Below, piece after piece: positions 36,321-44,894 of a stretch of 64,000 bases of DNA (positions are counted from its first letter, which is position 1; every line of letters begins with the position of its first letter). The stretch spans positions 4,252 through 68,251 of the forward strand of contig DATIDD010000077.1 in the NCBI GenBank assembly GCA_035456465.1. The letters are read 5' to 3'. Below the pieces are notes generated by a model. That model had not been told where the DNA came from, did not search any database, and saw only the letters and a list, made by a program, of their open reading frames with translations. Source of the DNA: Gaiellaceae bacterium. GTDB lineage: Bacteria; Actinomycetota; Thermoleophilia; Gaiellales; Gaiellaceae. A program made the position numbers and the translations under genes.

Positions 36321-37256
36321 CTATTCGACGAGCTCGACCACGCCGACCCCGGGGCTGTAGCTCGACCCGGAGTGGCCTTGGATCCCTTGCCAGATCGTCT
36401 TGGTGAAGTAGCCGTAGAACTTCTCGTTCGTGCCGGACAGATCCATGCCGGTGAGGTGGAAGGCGACCCAGCCGACGATGTGGTAATCGGCACCGGAGCC
36501 CGTTCCCGTGAGCTTGTCGTAGATCGGGAAGAGGAGCTCTTCCCCCGCGGCCATCTTCTCGTCGAGGACGTCGCCGACGTTCGACGAGCTGAACGGGTTT
36601 CCGGTGCGGGCCGGGTAGTTCGTGTTCGCCTCCATGTACTTGTCGAACCCGTACCGGATCCAGTCTCCGAGCACGCTCGTCCCGGGGTTCGAGTCGCTGC
36701 CGTCGAGGTTGATGAACCCGAACGAGCCGGCGCCGTCGGGCTCGGTCGGCCCCTTCCCGCTGCCGGTCTTCAGGTGGTAGTACTCGAGCTCGGTCTCCTC
36801 GCCGAAGCAGCCGGGCGCGCACTTGAGCTTGGGGTGCTCGATGTTGACGACGATCGGCGCGACGTAGAGCGCCGAGGCCGGCGGCCCGACCTTCGCGGTC
36901 GCGGTCGCGCGGACCTCGACCTCGCCCATCCCGAAGAGCTTCGCGAAGTAGCCGGGGGCCGGCCGCTTCACGGTGACCTTGATCCTGTCGCTCCCGAGGA
37001 GTTGCACGTCGCTGGAGAGCAGGCCCCCGCCGTTCTCGTCGGCGTAGTGGAGCGCGAGGCCGGTGGCGGCGCCGGGGTCGTCGGGAAGCTTCTGCGCGGC
37101 CGCGAGCGCGGCGGCGTCGGCCGTCTTCTGCGCGTCGCGGTCTGCGCGGTACCACGATCCCACGTCGAGGACGAGCGCGCCCATGCCGAGGAGGACCGCG
37201 AGGAAGGCGACGGACAGGACCATCGCCTGGCCGCGCTGGCTGCGGAGGTTGTTCAT
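36321..37256 (-). CDS. TadG-related pilus assembly protein (pseudopilin-like N-terminus + globular domain)
   Basis: N-terminus RGQAMVLSVAFLAVLLGMGALVLDVGSWY is a Tad_N-type segment. ATGA overlap with tadE. Confidence 0.75.
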   Translation of the reverse strand: MNNLRSQRGQAMVLSVAFLAVLLGMGALVLDVGSWYRADRDAQKTADAAALAAAQKLPDDPGAATGLALHYADENGGGLLSSDVQLLGSDRIKVTVKRPAPGYFAKLFGMGEVEVRATATAKVGPPASALYVAPIVVNIEHPKLKCAPGCFGEETELEYYHLKTGSGKGPTEPDGAGSFGFINLDGSDSNPGTSVLGDWIRYGFDKYMEANTNYPARTGNPFSSSNVGDVLDEKMAAGEELLFPIYDKLTGTGSGADYHIVGWVAFHLTGMDLSGTNEKFYGYFTKTIWQGIQGHSGSSYSPGVGVVELVE

Positions 37257-37669
37257 TCCACTCGCTCCTTGGCGGTGCTCGTCATCGTCCCGGACTTCAC
37301 GACCTTGCCGAGCACGTCGATCGAGAACTCGAACTTCGCGCTGACGGTCACGTCCTCGCCCGGCTTCCACGACGAGGTGACGGTGACGTCGCCCGTGTCG
37401 AAGTCCGAGCCGAGGTCCGAGCCTGCCTTGACGACCTCCGCCTTCACGTAGTCGGACGGAGCCGCGCGGTGGCGCGAGACCGCAGCCTTTCTCGCACCCT
37501 CGCGGACGGCGTCGGTGAGGGTGATGTACTCCTTGAAGACGACCCCGAACTGGACGATCGCGAGCAGGATCAGCATCAGCGCCGGCAGGACGAGCGCGAA
37601 CTCGACCACCGACTGACCACGCTCATTCCTCAGCGAGCGGTAATTCCTGCGTGAAGGCTTCTGCGGCAT
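37253..37669 (-). CDS. tadE: TadE-like pseudopilin
   Basis: ERGQSVVEFALVLPALMLILLAIVQFG is a TadE N-terminal motif. Confidence 0.85.
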   Translation of the reverse strand: MPQKPSRRNYRSLRNERGQSVVEFALVLPALMLILLAIVQFGVVFKEYITLTDAVREGARKAAVSRHRAAPSDYVKAEVVKAGSDLGSDFDTGDVTVTSSWKPGEDVTVSAKFEFSIDVLGKVVKSGTMTSTAKERVE

Positions 37670-37698
37670 TGCGGTCCGGTGGCGCCTTTCGATCGATG

Positions 37699-37738
37699 GG
37701 CCGGCGGGGACTTCTCGGGGGAGAGGGCCCCGCCGGCC
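37699..37738 (-). terminator. 11-bp-stem hairpin between flp and tadE (pilin-gene attenuator candidate)
   Basis: GGCCGGCGGGG...CCCCGCCGGCC, 17 nt downstream of the flp stop on the minus strand. Confidence 0.5.
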
Positions 37739-37754
37739 ATTCCGTGAGGACTTG

Positions 37755-37940
37755 CTACTTGATCGCGTTCGCGACGCGGGTCAGCACGGCCTCGATGTTC
37801 GTCGAGAGCAGCACCAGAGCCGCGATGATCAGAGCCGTAATGACGGCGAGGATGACCCCGTACTCCGCCATCGTCTGGCCCTCCTCCCGGCGGAGCGAGG
37901 TCGGCGCGGAAGAGTGGAGCCAAGCGGCGAGCTTCAGCAT
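37755..37940 (-). CDS. flp: Flp-family type IVb pilin precursor (61 aa)
   Basis: MLKLAAWLHSSAPTSLRREEGQTMAEYGVILAVITALIIAALVLL... carries the G/xxxxEY Flp processing motif and a hydrophobic helix. GGGAGGTG SD lies upstream of ATG 37940. Confidence 0.88.
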   Translation of the reverse strand: MLKLAAWLHSSAPTSLRREEGQTMAEYGVILAVITALIIAALVLLSTNIEAVLTRVANAIK

Positions 37941-38318
37941 GAGCTTCACCTCCCTTCGGTCCGTCGAGGCGGGCCGGGCGGCGGCACGCCGGAGGGCAAG
38001 ACTGGATTGGGTGGGAATGTCGATGTGATCGTCGGAGCTCGTTGCCACGCGAAGTCGTTCCCTCTGTCGTCTGTGGCGTGGCCGCGCCGCCGACGTGCGA
38101 ATCTGGCCACGATCATCGAGAGGTCGTCGCAGACGGAAAATCCCCCGGTTTGGTGATTCGGGGGCCATGTCCCCCAACTGGGGGAGAACGGCGCTGCAGC
38201 GGTTCCCGATAGTCGGAGCACCCCCGCCGCGGCCGGCGGGGCGCTGCACCACGCACAGTCCATCTGCAAGTTCGCGTCGCCGGCGGCCACGGCGCCAGAG
38301 CAAACGGGAGCCAGGGAT

Positions 38319-39839
38319 ATGCCACAGCCGACACAGCGATCGCGCAGGCGACTCGCGCGCCTCTTCCTCTTCGTCTTCTTCCTCGCGTCCGCCGCGTTCG
38401 TCGCCGCCGGGCGCTTCGGGCGTGCTCCGCGGGCCACGGGCACCGTCGACGCGACGGCCGACCCGGTGGCGACGCCGGAGCACGGGCTGCCGGGGTGGGC
38501 GTCCGCCCCGGCGCTCGACGCTCCGCTGACGCGCGAGCGGCGCCTGCCGCTGTCGACGCGCAAGGTCGCCGGCAGCATCGTCTTCGCCGTCCTGTTCTTC
38601 GCAGGCGCGTCGTTCTCGGCCGTCGCCGGGGACAACGTCGCCTCGATGCTCGAGGGCGACGGCGGCGAGACGCTCGTGCTCGCCACGACCGCCGGCCCCG
38701 AGCCGCAGGCCGTCGAGGAGGCGCCCGCCGCCGAGGCCGCACCTGCCGAGTCGGCGCCCGCCGACGCCGCGCCCGCGACGGTCCCGTCCGGCGGCGTGGT
38801 CGAGGAGCCCGAGGTCGCCGAGCCGGCGCCCCCGGTCGAGGCCGCTCCCGCACCTGAGGCCGAGGCCGCACCCGAGTCGGCGCCCGCGGACGCCGCCGAG
38901 GAGGCGTACGTGGAGGAGGCAGCCGCCGACGTCCCCGCGGCCAGCCCCGCGCGTGTCGAGGCGGCGGTCACCAGGCCGCGGCCCGCCTTCGGCCCCGCGG
39001 CACCGGCAGTCGCTCCCGCACCGGTGCCCGCCCCGCGCGTCGCGCTCGACCCCGAGGTCGACGCGGAGAACGTCGCCGCGACGGTCTGGCTCCACCGCAC
39101 CCTCCCCGATCCGACGCCCCCGTCGCTCCGGCTCTCGCCGAAGACGGCGGCGCGCCTGCTCGCGGCCGCCCGTACGGCCAAGGTGGACTGGGCGTTCGTC
39201 CTCGCCGTCGTCCGTGCCGACGCGAACCGGGGCCAGTTCCCGGCCCGCGGCATGACGTTCGCCGAGGCCGCGTCGCGGCTCACCGTCCACGGCAACCGCC
39301 GGGACCGCTGGGACCGCGCGCTCGCCTACACCGGCCGCACGGCCGCCGCCGATCGCGCGGTCGCGCTCGCGCACTACTACCGCGCCGTCGGGATCCGGGC
39401 GCTCGTGGACGGGCTGCTCGCCCGCCAGGACGCGCTCGCCGCGAAGGTGCTCGCCGACGAGCGGGTCGACCTGTACGCAGGCGGACGCGACGACGTCGTC
39501 AACGGACGGATCGACGTCCGCGTGCTCGCGCTCGTCGAGTACCTGGCCGAGTCGTTCGGGCAGGTCACCGTCTCGAGCCTCACGAGCGGGCACCGCCTGT
39601 TTGCGCGGCCGGGCGTCGTGTCGGCGCACGTCTACGGCCAGGCCGTCGACGTCGCCGCGCTCGCCGGGATGCCGATCGCGGGCCACCAGCAGCCGGGCAG
39701 CGTCACCGAGCGTGCCGTCCGCGACGTGCTGCTGCTGCCGGCGGAGATGCGCCCGCGGCAGGTGATCTCGCTGCTCGGACTGGGCGGGCCGTCGTTCCCG
39801 CTCGCGAACCACGACGACCACATCCACGTGGGCTTCTAG
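38319..39839 (+). CDS. Membrane-anchored protein with Pro/Ala-rich linker and C-terminal LAS (M15/VanY-like) metallopeptidase-type domain
   Basis: Two N-terminal hydrophobic segments. PA-rich repeats (EAAPAESAPADAA / EAAPESAPADAA). C-terminal motifs SGHRLF, SAHVYGQAVDV (H-x6-D) and HDDHIHVGF (H-x-H), characteristic of LAS Zn-peptidases. Confidence 0.6.
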   Translation: MPQPTQRSRRRLARLFLFVFFLASAAFVAAGRFGRAPRATGTVDATADPVATPEHGLPGWASAPALDAPLTRERRLPLSTRKVAGSIVFAVLFFAGASFSAVAGDNVASMLEGDGGETLVLATTAGPEPQAVEEAPAAEAAPAESAPADAAPATVPSGGVVEEPEVAEPAPPVEAAPAPEAEAAPESAPADAAEEAYVEEAAADVPAASPARVEAAVTRPRPAFGPAAPAVAPAPVPAPRVALDPEVDAENVAATVWLHRTLPDPTPPSLRLSPKTAARLLAAARTAKVDWAFVLAVVRADANRGQFPARGMTFAEAASRLTVHGNRRDRWDRALAYTGRTAAADRAVALAHYYRAVGIRALVDGLLARQDALAAKVLADERVDLYAGGRDDVVNGRIDVRVLALVEYLAESFGQVTVSSLTSGHRLFARPGVVSAHVYGQAVDVAALAGMPIAGHQQPGSVTERAVRDVLLLPAEMRPRQVISLLGLGGPSFPLANHDDHIHVGF

Positions 39840-39845
39840 GGCCTC

Positions 39846-40184
39846 GTGGCGAAGCTCCTGCGTGGCGACGGGGGCGTGGTCTGCGACCGGTGCACGGTCG
39901 CCGACCGCGCCCCCGCGCGCATGAAGGGCCTGCTCGGCCGGAAGGCGCTCCCCTCGGGCGAGGGGCTGCTGCTACGGCCCGCCGGGTCGGTGCACACGGC
40001 CTTCATGCGCTTCCCGATCGACGTCGTCTTCCTCGACCGCGAGTTGACCGTGCTCGAGGTCGTTCCCGCGCTCGCGCCGTGGCGCGCCGCCGGCCGCCGG
40101 GGCGCCAAGGCCGCGCTCGAGCTTGCCGCCGGCGAGGCCGCCCGCCGCGGCGTGGCCGCCGGCGACCGTCTCGTCCTCGCGTAG
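39846..40184 (+). CDS. DUF192 (COG1430) family protein
   Basis: MKGLLGRKALPSGEGLLLRPAGSVHTAFMRFPIDVVFLD matches the DUF192 core. Confidence 0.75.
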   Translation: MAKLLRGDGGVVCDRCTVADRAPARMKGLLGRKALPSGEGLLLRPAGSVHTAFMRFPIDVVFLDRELTVLEVVPALAPWRAAGRRGAKAALELAAGEAARRGVAAGDRLVLA

Positions 40185-40212
40185 CTCCGCGCGACCCAGG
40201 CACGATGGTCGC

Positions 40213-40776
40213 GTGGGAGAGGTGACCTTTGCGGGGCTGCGCCTGCGCGCGCGCCCCGGCGTCGTGATGACGCCGCGGCCGGCGACGGAGCGCGTGGTCG
40301 CGGCCGCGCTCGCGCGCATCGACGGCGTGCCCGTGCGGGTGGCCGACGCCGGCACCGGCTCGGGCGCGATCGCCGTCGCGCTCGCGGCGGCCAAGCCGAA
40401 GGCGCGCGTGTGGGCGACGGACGTCAGCCGCGCCGCGGTGGCGCTCGCGCGCGAGAACGTCGCGCGACATCGTGTCGGCGACCGCGTTCACGTCCTCCAC
40501 GGCGATCTGCTCGAGCCGGTCGACGGTTCGCTCGACCTCGTGGTCGCGAACCTGCCCTACCTGCCCCCGTCAGAGGGCGGCTACGACGACGAGCCGCCCG
40601 GGGCCGTGTACGCGCCGGGCGACGGGCTCGTGCACGTGCGGCGGCTGATCGACCAGGCGGCCGCCAGGCTCGCGCTCGGCGGAGCGCTCGTCCTGCAGTA
40701 CCGGGCTCAGGTGCTCGAGGCGGCGAGGGTCGAGCTGGACGCGCTCAGGTCGGCGCTGTCCGCGCCCGGCTCGTAG
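40213..40776 (+). CDS. Class I SAM-dependent methyltransferase, HemK/PrmC-like catalytic domain only
   Basis: SAM motif VADAGTGSGAIAVALA. NPPY-position motif reads VANLPYL. Lacks the HemK N-terminal helical domain. Start is GTG 40213 or 40222. Confidence 0.7.
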   Translation: MGEVTFAGLRLRARPGVVMTPRPATERVVAAALARIDGVPVRVADAGTGSGAIAVALAAAKPKARVWATDVSRAAVALARENVARHRVGDRVHVLHGDLLEPVDGSLDLVVANLPYLPPSEGGYDDEPPGAVYAPGDGLVHVRRLIDQAAARLALGGALVLQYRAQVLEAARVELDALRSALSAPGS

Positions 40777-41336
40777 CAGCCGGCGCACCGCGCCTCGTAC
40801 GAGTCGAGCGCTCCGACCTGGATCGTCGGCCCGCCGAAGGGCGCCGGCAGCCCGTCGACGAGCCGTTGCGTGCGGGTGGCGGGGCCGCCGCAGCGGTGGC
40901 ACACGGCCTGCAGCTTGTCCACCAGCTCCGCGTGGCAGAGCAGGCGGGCCATCGCGGGGAACGGGTCGCCGCGGAAGTCGCAGTCGAGGCCCGAGACGAC
41001 GACGCGGCGGCCGCGGTCGCGCAGCTCCAGCACGACGTCGACGATCGTCCCCTCGTCGAAGAAGTGGAGCTCGTCCAGGCCGACGACGTCGTAGCCCTCG
41101 GCCAGCCGGAGCACGTCCGCAGCCTCTGCGCAGACCGCACGGAGCCGGTCGCCCGCGTGGCTGACGACGTGCGCGACGTCGTAGCGGTCGTCGAAGCCGG
41201 CCTTCACGACGAGCACGCGCTGTCCCGCGATCTCGGCCCGACGGAGCCGGCGGATCAGCTCCTCGCTCTTGCCGCTGTACATCGGGCCGCACACGACCTC
41301 GAGCCACCCGCCGCGGTGAGGAGGGATCCGGATCAC
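40707..41336 (-). CDS. tdk: Thymidine kinase
   Basis: P-loop CGPMYSGKSEELI, DELHFFD, Zn-ribbon cysteines CHRCG...CAGC. GTG start at 41336. Confidence 0.9.
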   Translation of the reverse strand: MIRIPPHRGGWLEVVCGPMYSGKSEELIRRLRRAEIAGQRVLVVKAGFDDRYDVAHVVSHAGDRLRAVCAEAADVLRLAEGYDVVGLDELHFFDEGTIVDVVLELRDRGRRVVVSGLDCDFRGDPFPAMARLLCHAELVDKLQAVCHRCGGPATRTQRLVDGLPAPFGGPTIQVGALDSYEARCAGCYEPGADSADLSASSSTLAASST

Positions 41337-41471
41337 GCGCGGGAGCCTAGTGGGCGAAGCGGACGGGCACTCTGCGGTGACCGGAGCGCAGCGGGTCGCC
41401 GCCGGAGGCCGGCTCCGCCGGCCGGGAGGCGCAGAGCGCTGTCGCGGGCCGCGCGGAGAAGGAGGGGGCTC

Positions 41472-41496
41472 GTGGGGGAACCACGGGTTCCCCCAC
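41472..41496 (-). terminator. 10-bp perfect hairpin downstream of the cNMP-binding gene
   Basis: GTGGGGGAAC-cacgg-GTTCCCCCAC. A third copy of GTTCCCCCAC lies at 41504-41513. Confidence 0.5.
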
Positions 41497-41517
41497 GCAC
41501 GACGTTCCCCCACGCTG

Positions 41518-41925
41518 CTAGTCGCCGGCGATGCGCTCGGCGAGGGCCTGCAGCACCTTCACGCCGATCGCCGGCTGGTCCTGGATCAGGCGGCGGAACG
41601 AGCGGTCGGTGATCACGAGCGCGCGCAGCGGCGACGTCGCCGTCACCGTCGCGGTGCGCGGCTTCTGCGACACGAGCGCGATCTCGCCGAAGAAGTCTCC
41701 GGGCCCCAGGCTGCGCACCTTGCGGCCCTTCCGCCGCACGTCCGCGGTCCCGTCGAGGATGACGAAGAACTCCCGGCCGGGGGCGCCCTCGCGGGTCATC
41801 TCCTTGCCCTCGCGGAGGTCGATCTCGTCCGCGATCCCGGCGATCTGGGCGAGCTCCTTCCGCGACGCCGCGGAGAACAGCGGCACGTGGGCGATCGCCT
41901 CGACCTTGGAGTTCCTGCCCCGCAT
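41518..41925 (-). CDS. Stand-alone cyclic nucleotide-binding (CAP-effector) domain protein
   Basis: VPLFSAASRKELAQIA...REGAPGREFFVILDGTADV...GDFFGEIALV...RTATVTA is a cNMP_binding domain. No DNA-binding or other output domain. Confidence 0.85.
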   Translation of the reverse strand: MRGRNSKVEAIAHVPLFSAASRKELAQIAGIADEIDLREGKEMTREGAPGREFFVILDGTADVRRKGRKVRSLGPGDFFGEIALVSQKPRTATVTATSPLRALVITDRSFRRLIQDQPAIGVKVLQALAERIAGD

Positions 41926-41968
41926 CGCCGCCGATCCTAAAGCGGTCGCGCCCCCGAGTCGAGCGCGC

Positions 41969-42769
41969 CTACACGCGTCGGTAGGCGGCCTGCACGAAGC
42001 ACCACGCGCCGTAGGCGATCAGCCCGGCCGCGACCGAGAACAGCGCGACCTTCCCGTACGGCGCCTGGGCCACCGTCCGGAGCGCCTCGTCGAGGCCCTT
42101 CGTCTCGGAGGGGTCGTACTCGCGCGCCGCCTTCAGCAGGAAGACGCCGATCAGGCCGAAGACGATCGCCCGCGCCGCGTGCCCGACGACCCCGACGGCG
42201 ATCGCCCACCCGCGGACGGCCTCCGACAGCTCGTGCTCTCGGAGGTGCTTGCGGAACTTCCCGCTGGTGGCGCGGTAGGCGTTGAACAGCGCCGCGCCGA
42301 GGAAGCCGAGCCCTGCCGCGGCCACCAGCCAGCGGCCGCCGGGAAGGTCGAACACGCGCGCCGTCTCCTGCGACTCGTCGCCGCTCTGCGACCCCAGCCC
42401 CGCCACGATCGCGAACGCGCTGAACGCGAAGAAGCCGTAGAGGACGGCCCGCGCCAGGTAGCCGCCCCGTCTCGCGAGCCCCTCGATCCCGGTGCCCTCG
42501 TCGTCGCGGTCGAAGACGGCCTGCGCCAGCCGCCAGAGGGCGTACCCGGCGAGGCCGAGCGCCAGGACGATCAGCAGCACCTCGCCGAAGGGCTGCTGGG
42601 CCACCGTCCGGAGCGCGCCCTGACGGTCCTTCACGTCCCCCTCGAGCCCGAGCGGGACCTGGATCGCGATCAGCCCGATGAGCACGTACAGCACGCCCTT
42701 CGCGGCGTAGCCCGCACGCGCCCCGCGCTCCACCCACTTGCCCTGTGCGACGGCCGCAGCTTCTCCCAT
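41969..42769 (-). CDS. DUF1206 domain-containing membrane protein
   Basis: Three repeats of the paired-TM DUF1206 pattern (AKGVLYVLIGLIAIQ..., ARAVLYGFFAFSAF..., ARAIVFGLIGVFLLKAA...). Confidence 0.75.
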   Translation of the reverse strand: MGEAAAVAQGKWVERGARAGYAAKGVLYVLIGLIAIQVPLGLEGDVKDRQGALRTVAQQPFGEVLLIVLALGLAGYALWRLAQAVFDRDDEGTGIEGLARRGGYLARAVLYGFFAFSAFAIVAGLGSQSGDESQETARVFDLPGGRWLVAAAGLGFLGAALFNAYRATSGKFRKHLREHELSEAVRGWAIAVGVVGHAARAIVFGLIGVFLLKAAREYDPSETKGLDEALRTVAQAPYGKVALFSVAAGLIAYGAWCFVQAAYRRV

Positions 42770-42809
42770 CGGCGCGTCCTGCCCGCACGTCGCGGGCGTG
42801 AATCCCCCG

Positions 42810-43787
42810 TTACGGGATCCGGTTGAACCAGAGCGCCGACAGGCCGGCGCCGAGCAGCAGGAGCAGGCCGCCGGCCGCCGTGAACGCGACGGTCAGCTCG
42901 CGCTGGCGCTCGTCGAACCCGACGCGGGTCGCGACCTCGGCGTACACGCTCCGCAGCTCGTCCTCGGTCGGCGCCTCGTAGGAGCGGCCGCCCGTGCGCT
43001 CGGAGATCGTCCTGAGCGTCTCCTTGTCGGGCGGCACCGGGACGATCTGCGTGTTCCCGAGCTCGTCCTGGATCTCGACCGTGCCGCCGTCGGTCCCGAG
43101 CGCGACGGTGAAGACGGGGACGCCGAGGCGCTCGGCCCGGTCGGCGGCGTCGAGCGGCTCGATCGCGCCGGTCGTGCTGGCGCCGTCGGAGAGCACCACG
43201 ACGGCGAACGGCGGGCCGTCCTGCTCGCGCTGCGAGGCCTCGGCGGACGTCTCCTGCTCGCCGAGGTCGAGCGCACGGTCGATCGCGTCGCCCAGCGCGG
43301 TGCCGCCCGAGGGCTCCGCGGCGTCGATCGACGCGAGCACGGCGCCCTTGTCGGAGAGGATCGGCGAGACCGTGTACGCGTACTGCGCGAAGCCGACGAC
43401 GCCGACCCGCGCCGCGTCGGGGAGCGTGCCCAGCAGCGTGCGCGCGGCCGTGCGGGCGGCCGCGAGGCGGTTCGGCGGCACGTCGTCGGCCGTCATCGAG
43501 GCCGACGTGTCCATCGCCAGCACGAGCGTCGCCTGGCGCTTGGGCACCTTGACCGCCGCCTGCGGGCGCGCGACGCCGAGGACGAGCGCGGTGAGCGCGA
43601 GCAGCGCCAGCAGCGCGGGGAGGTGGCGGCGCCAGCCCGGGCGTCGCGGCGCGACGCTCGCGAGCAGGTCGAGGTTGGTGAACCGGACGGCGTAGCGGTC
43701 GCGCCGCCGTTGCACCAGCACGTACGCGGCGAGCGCGAGCGGCACCAGCACGAGGCCGGCGAGCGCGGCGGGCCAGAGGAAGGTCAT
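42810..43787 (-). CDS. VWA domain-containing protein (BatA-like, TM-anchored at both ends)
   Basis: N- and C-terminal TM segments. MIDAS LAMDTSASM. VVVLSDGASTTG. Confidence 0.85.
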   Translation of the reverse strand: MTFLWPAALAGLVLVPLALAAYVLVQRRRDRYAVRFTNLDLLASVAPRRPGWRRHLPALLALLALTALVLGVARPQAAVKVPKRQATLVLAMDTSASMTADDVPPNRLAAARTAARTLLGTLPDAARVGVVGFAQYAYTVSPILSDKGAVLASIDAAEPSGGTALGDAIDRALDLGEQETSAEASQREQDGPPFAVVVLSDGASTTGAIEPLDAADRAERLGVPVFTVALGTDGGTVEIQDELGNTQIVPVPPDKETLRTISERTGGRSYEAPTEDELRSVYAEVATRVGFDERQRELTVAFTAAGGLLLLLGAGLSALWFNRIP

Positions 43788-44719
43788 CGCCGGCCTCCGC
43801 GCGCGCGGAGCGCGGCGACGAGCGCGCGGAGCCAGTCGCCCTGGGTGGAGAGCGACACGTGCTCGACGCCCGCCGTGCGTAGGCGCCGTGCGAGCTCGTC
43901 CCGCTCGGCCGCGGCCGCTGCGGCGAACCGCTCGCGGAGCCGCCGGCTGCGCGTGTCCACCCGCAGCCGCCGTCCCGTCTCGGGGTCGACGAGCGAGAGG
44001 TGGCCGACGTCGGGAAGCTCCTGCTCGCGGGGGTCGCGCACCTCGACCGCGAGCACCTCGTGCCGCGCCGCGAGATCGCCGAGCGGGCGCGCCCAGTCGT
44101 CGGGCCCGCGGAAGTCGCTCACGATCGCGACGAGTCCGCGGCGCTGAGCCGCGGCGGCGGCCCGGGCGAGGGCTGGGCCGAGCGGGGTGACGCCCGTCCC
44201 TTCCTCGTCCGGTGCCGTCCGCAGCTCGAGCAGCGCCGTCAGCAGCGCCTCGCGTCCCCGCCGGGGAGGGAGCAATGCGGGGTGCGAGCCGCCGAAGGTG
44301 ACGACGCCGAGGCGGTTGCCCCTGCGCGTGGCCAGGTAGCCGAGCGCGAGGGCGACCCCCTCCGCGACGTCCGCCTTGCGCCGGTCGGCGGTGCCGAAGC
44401 TCATCGAGGGCGAGACGTCGAGCACGAGCCAGGCGACGAGCGCGCGCTCGGCGACGTGCACGCGGACGTGCGGCTCGCCCGTCCGGGCGGTCACGTTCCA
44501 GTCGATCGCGCGGACGTCGTCGCCCGGCTGGTACGGGCGCACCTGCGCGAGCTCGGTCCCCTCCCCGAGCGCGGCTGCACGAGCCTCCCCGGGGAGCAGG
44601 CCCTCGACGCGTCGCCGGACGGTGACGTCGAGGGCGCGCAGGAGCCGCTCGGGGACCGGCCCGGGGCCGGGCCGCGCGGGGGAGCGAGGAGGGGCGAGGC
44701 CCGCCAGGCCGGCGCTCAC
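43784..44719 (-). CDS. DUF58 domain-containing protein
   Basis: Core QVRPYQPGDDVRAIDWNVTART...LVLDVSPSM. GTG 44719 is preceded by a GAGGAGG SD; an alternative ATG lies at 44800. Confidence 0.8.
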   Translation of the reverse strand: MSAGLAGLAPPRSPARPGPGPVPERLLRALDVTVRRRVEGLLPGEARAAALGEGTELAQVRPYQPGDDVRAIDWNVTARTGEPHVRVHVAERALVAWLVLDVSPSMSFGTADRRKADVAEGVALALGYLATRRGNRLGVVTFGGSHPALLPPRRGREALLTALLELRTAPDEEGTGVTPLGPALARAAAAAQRRGLVAIVSDFRGPDDWARPLGDLAARHEVLAVEVRDPREQELPDVGHLSLVDPETGRRLRVDTRSRRLRERFAAAAAAERDELARRLRTAGVEHVSLSTQGDWLRALVAALRARGGRR

Positions 44720-44894
44720 GCCACCTCCTCGCACGCCGCCTCCTCGCGTTCCTGGCGCGTCGCTGGGTGTGCGGAGGGAGGGGGAACAGTGCGGACGCAC
44801 GGGCCCCCGACTGGAGCGCGGCCAGCGGCGCGAGGCCGCGGCGGAGCCGGGCTCCGCCCGGCGGGAGCCGCGGCCGGCCAGGAGCGCGAGGGCA

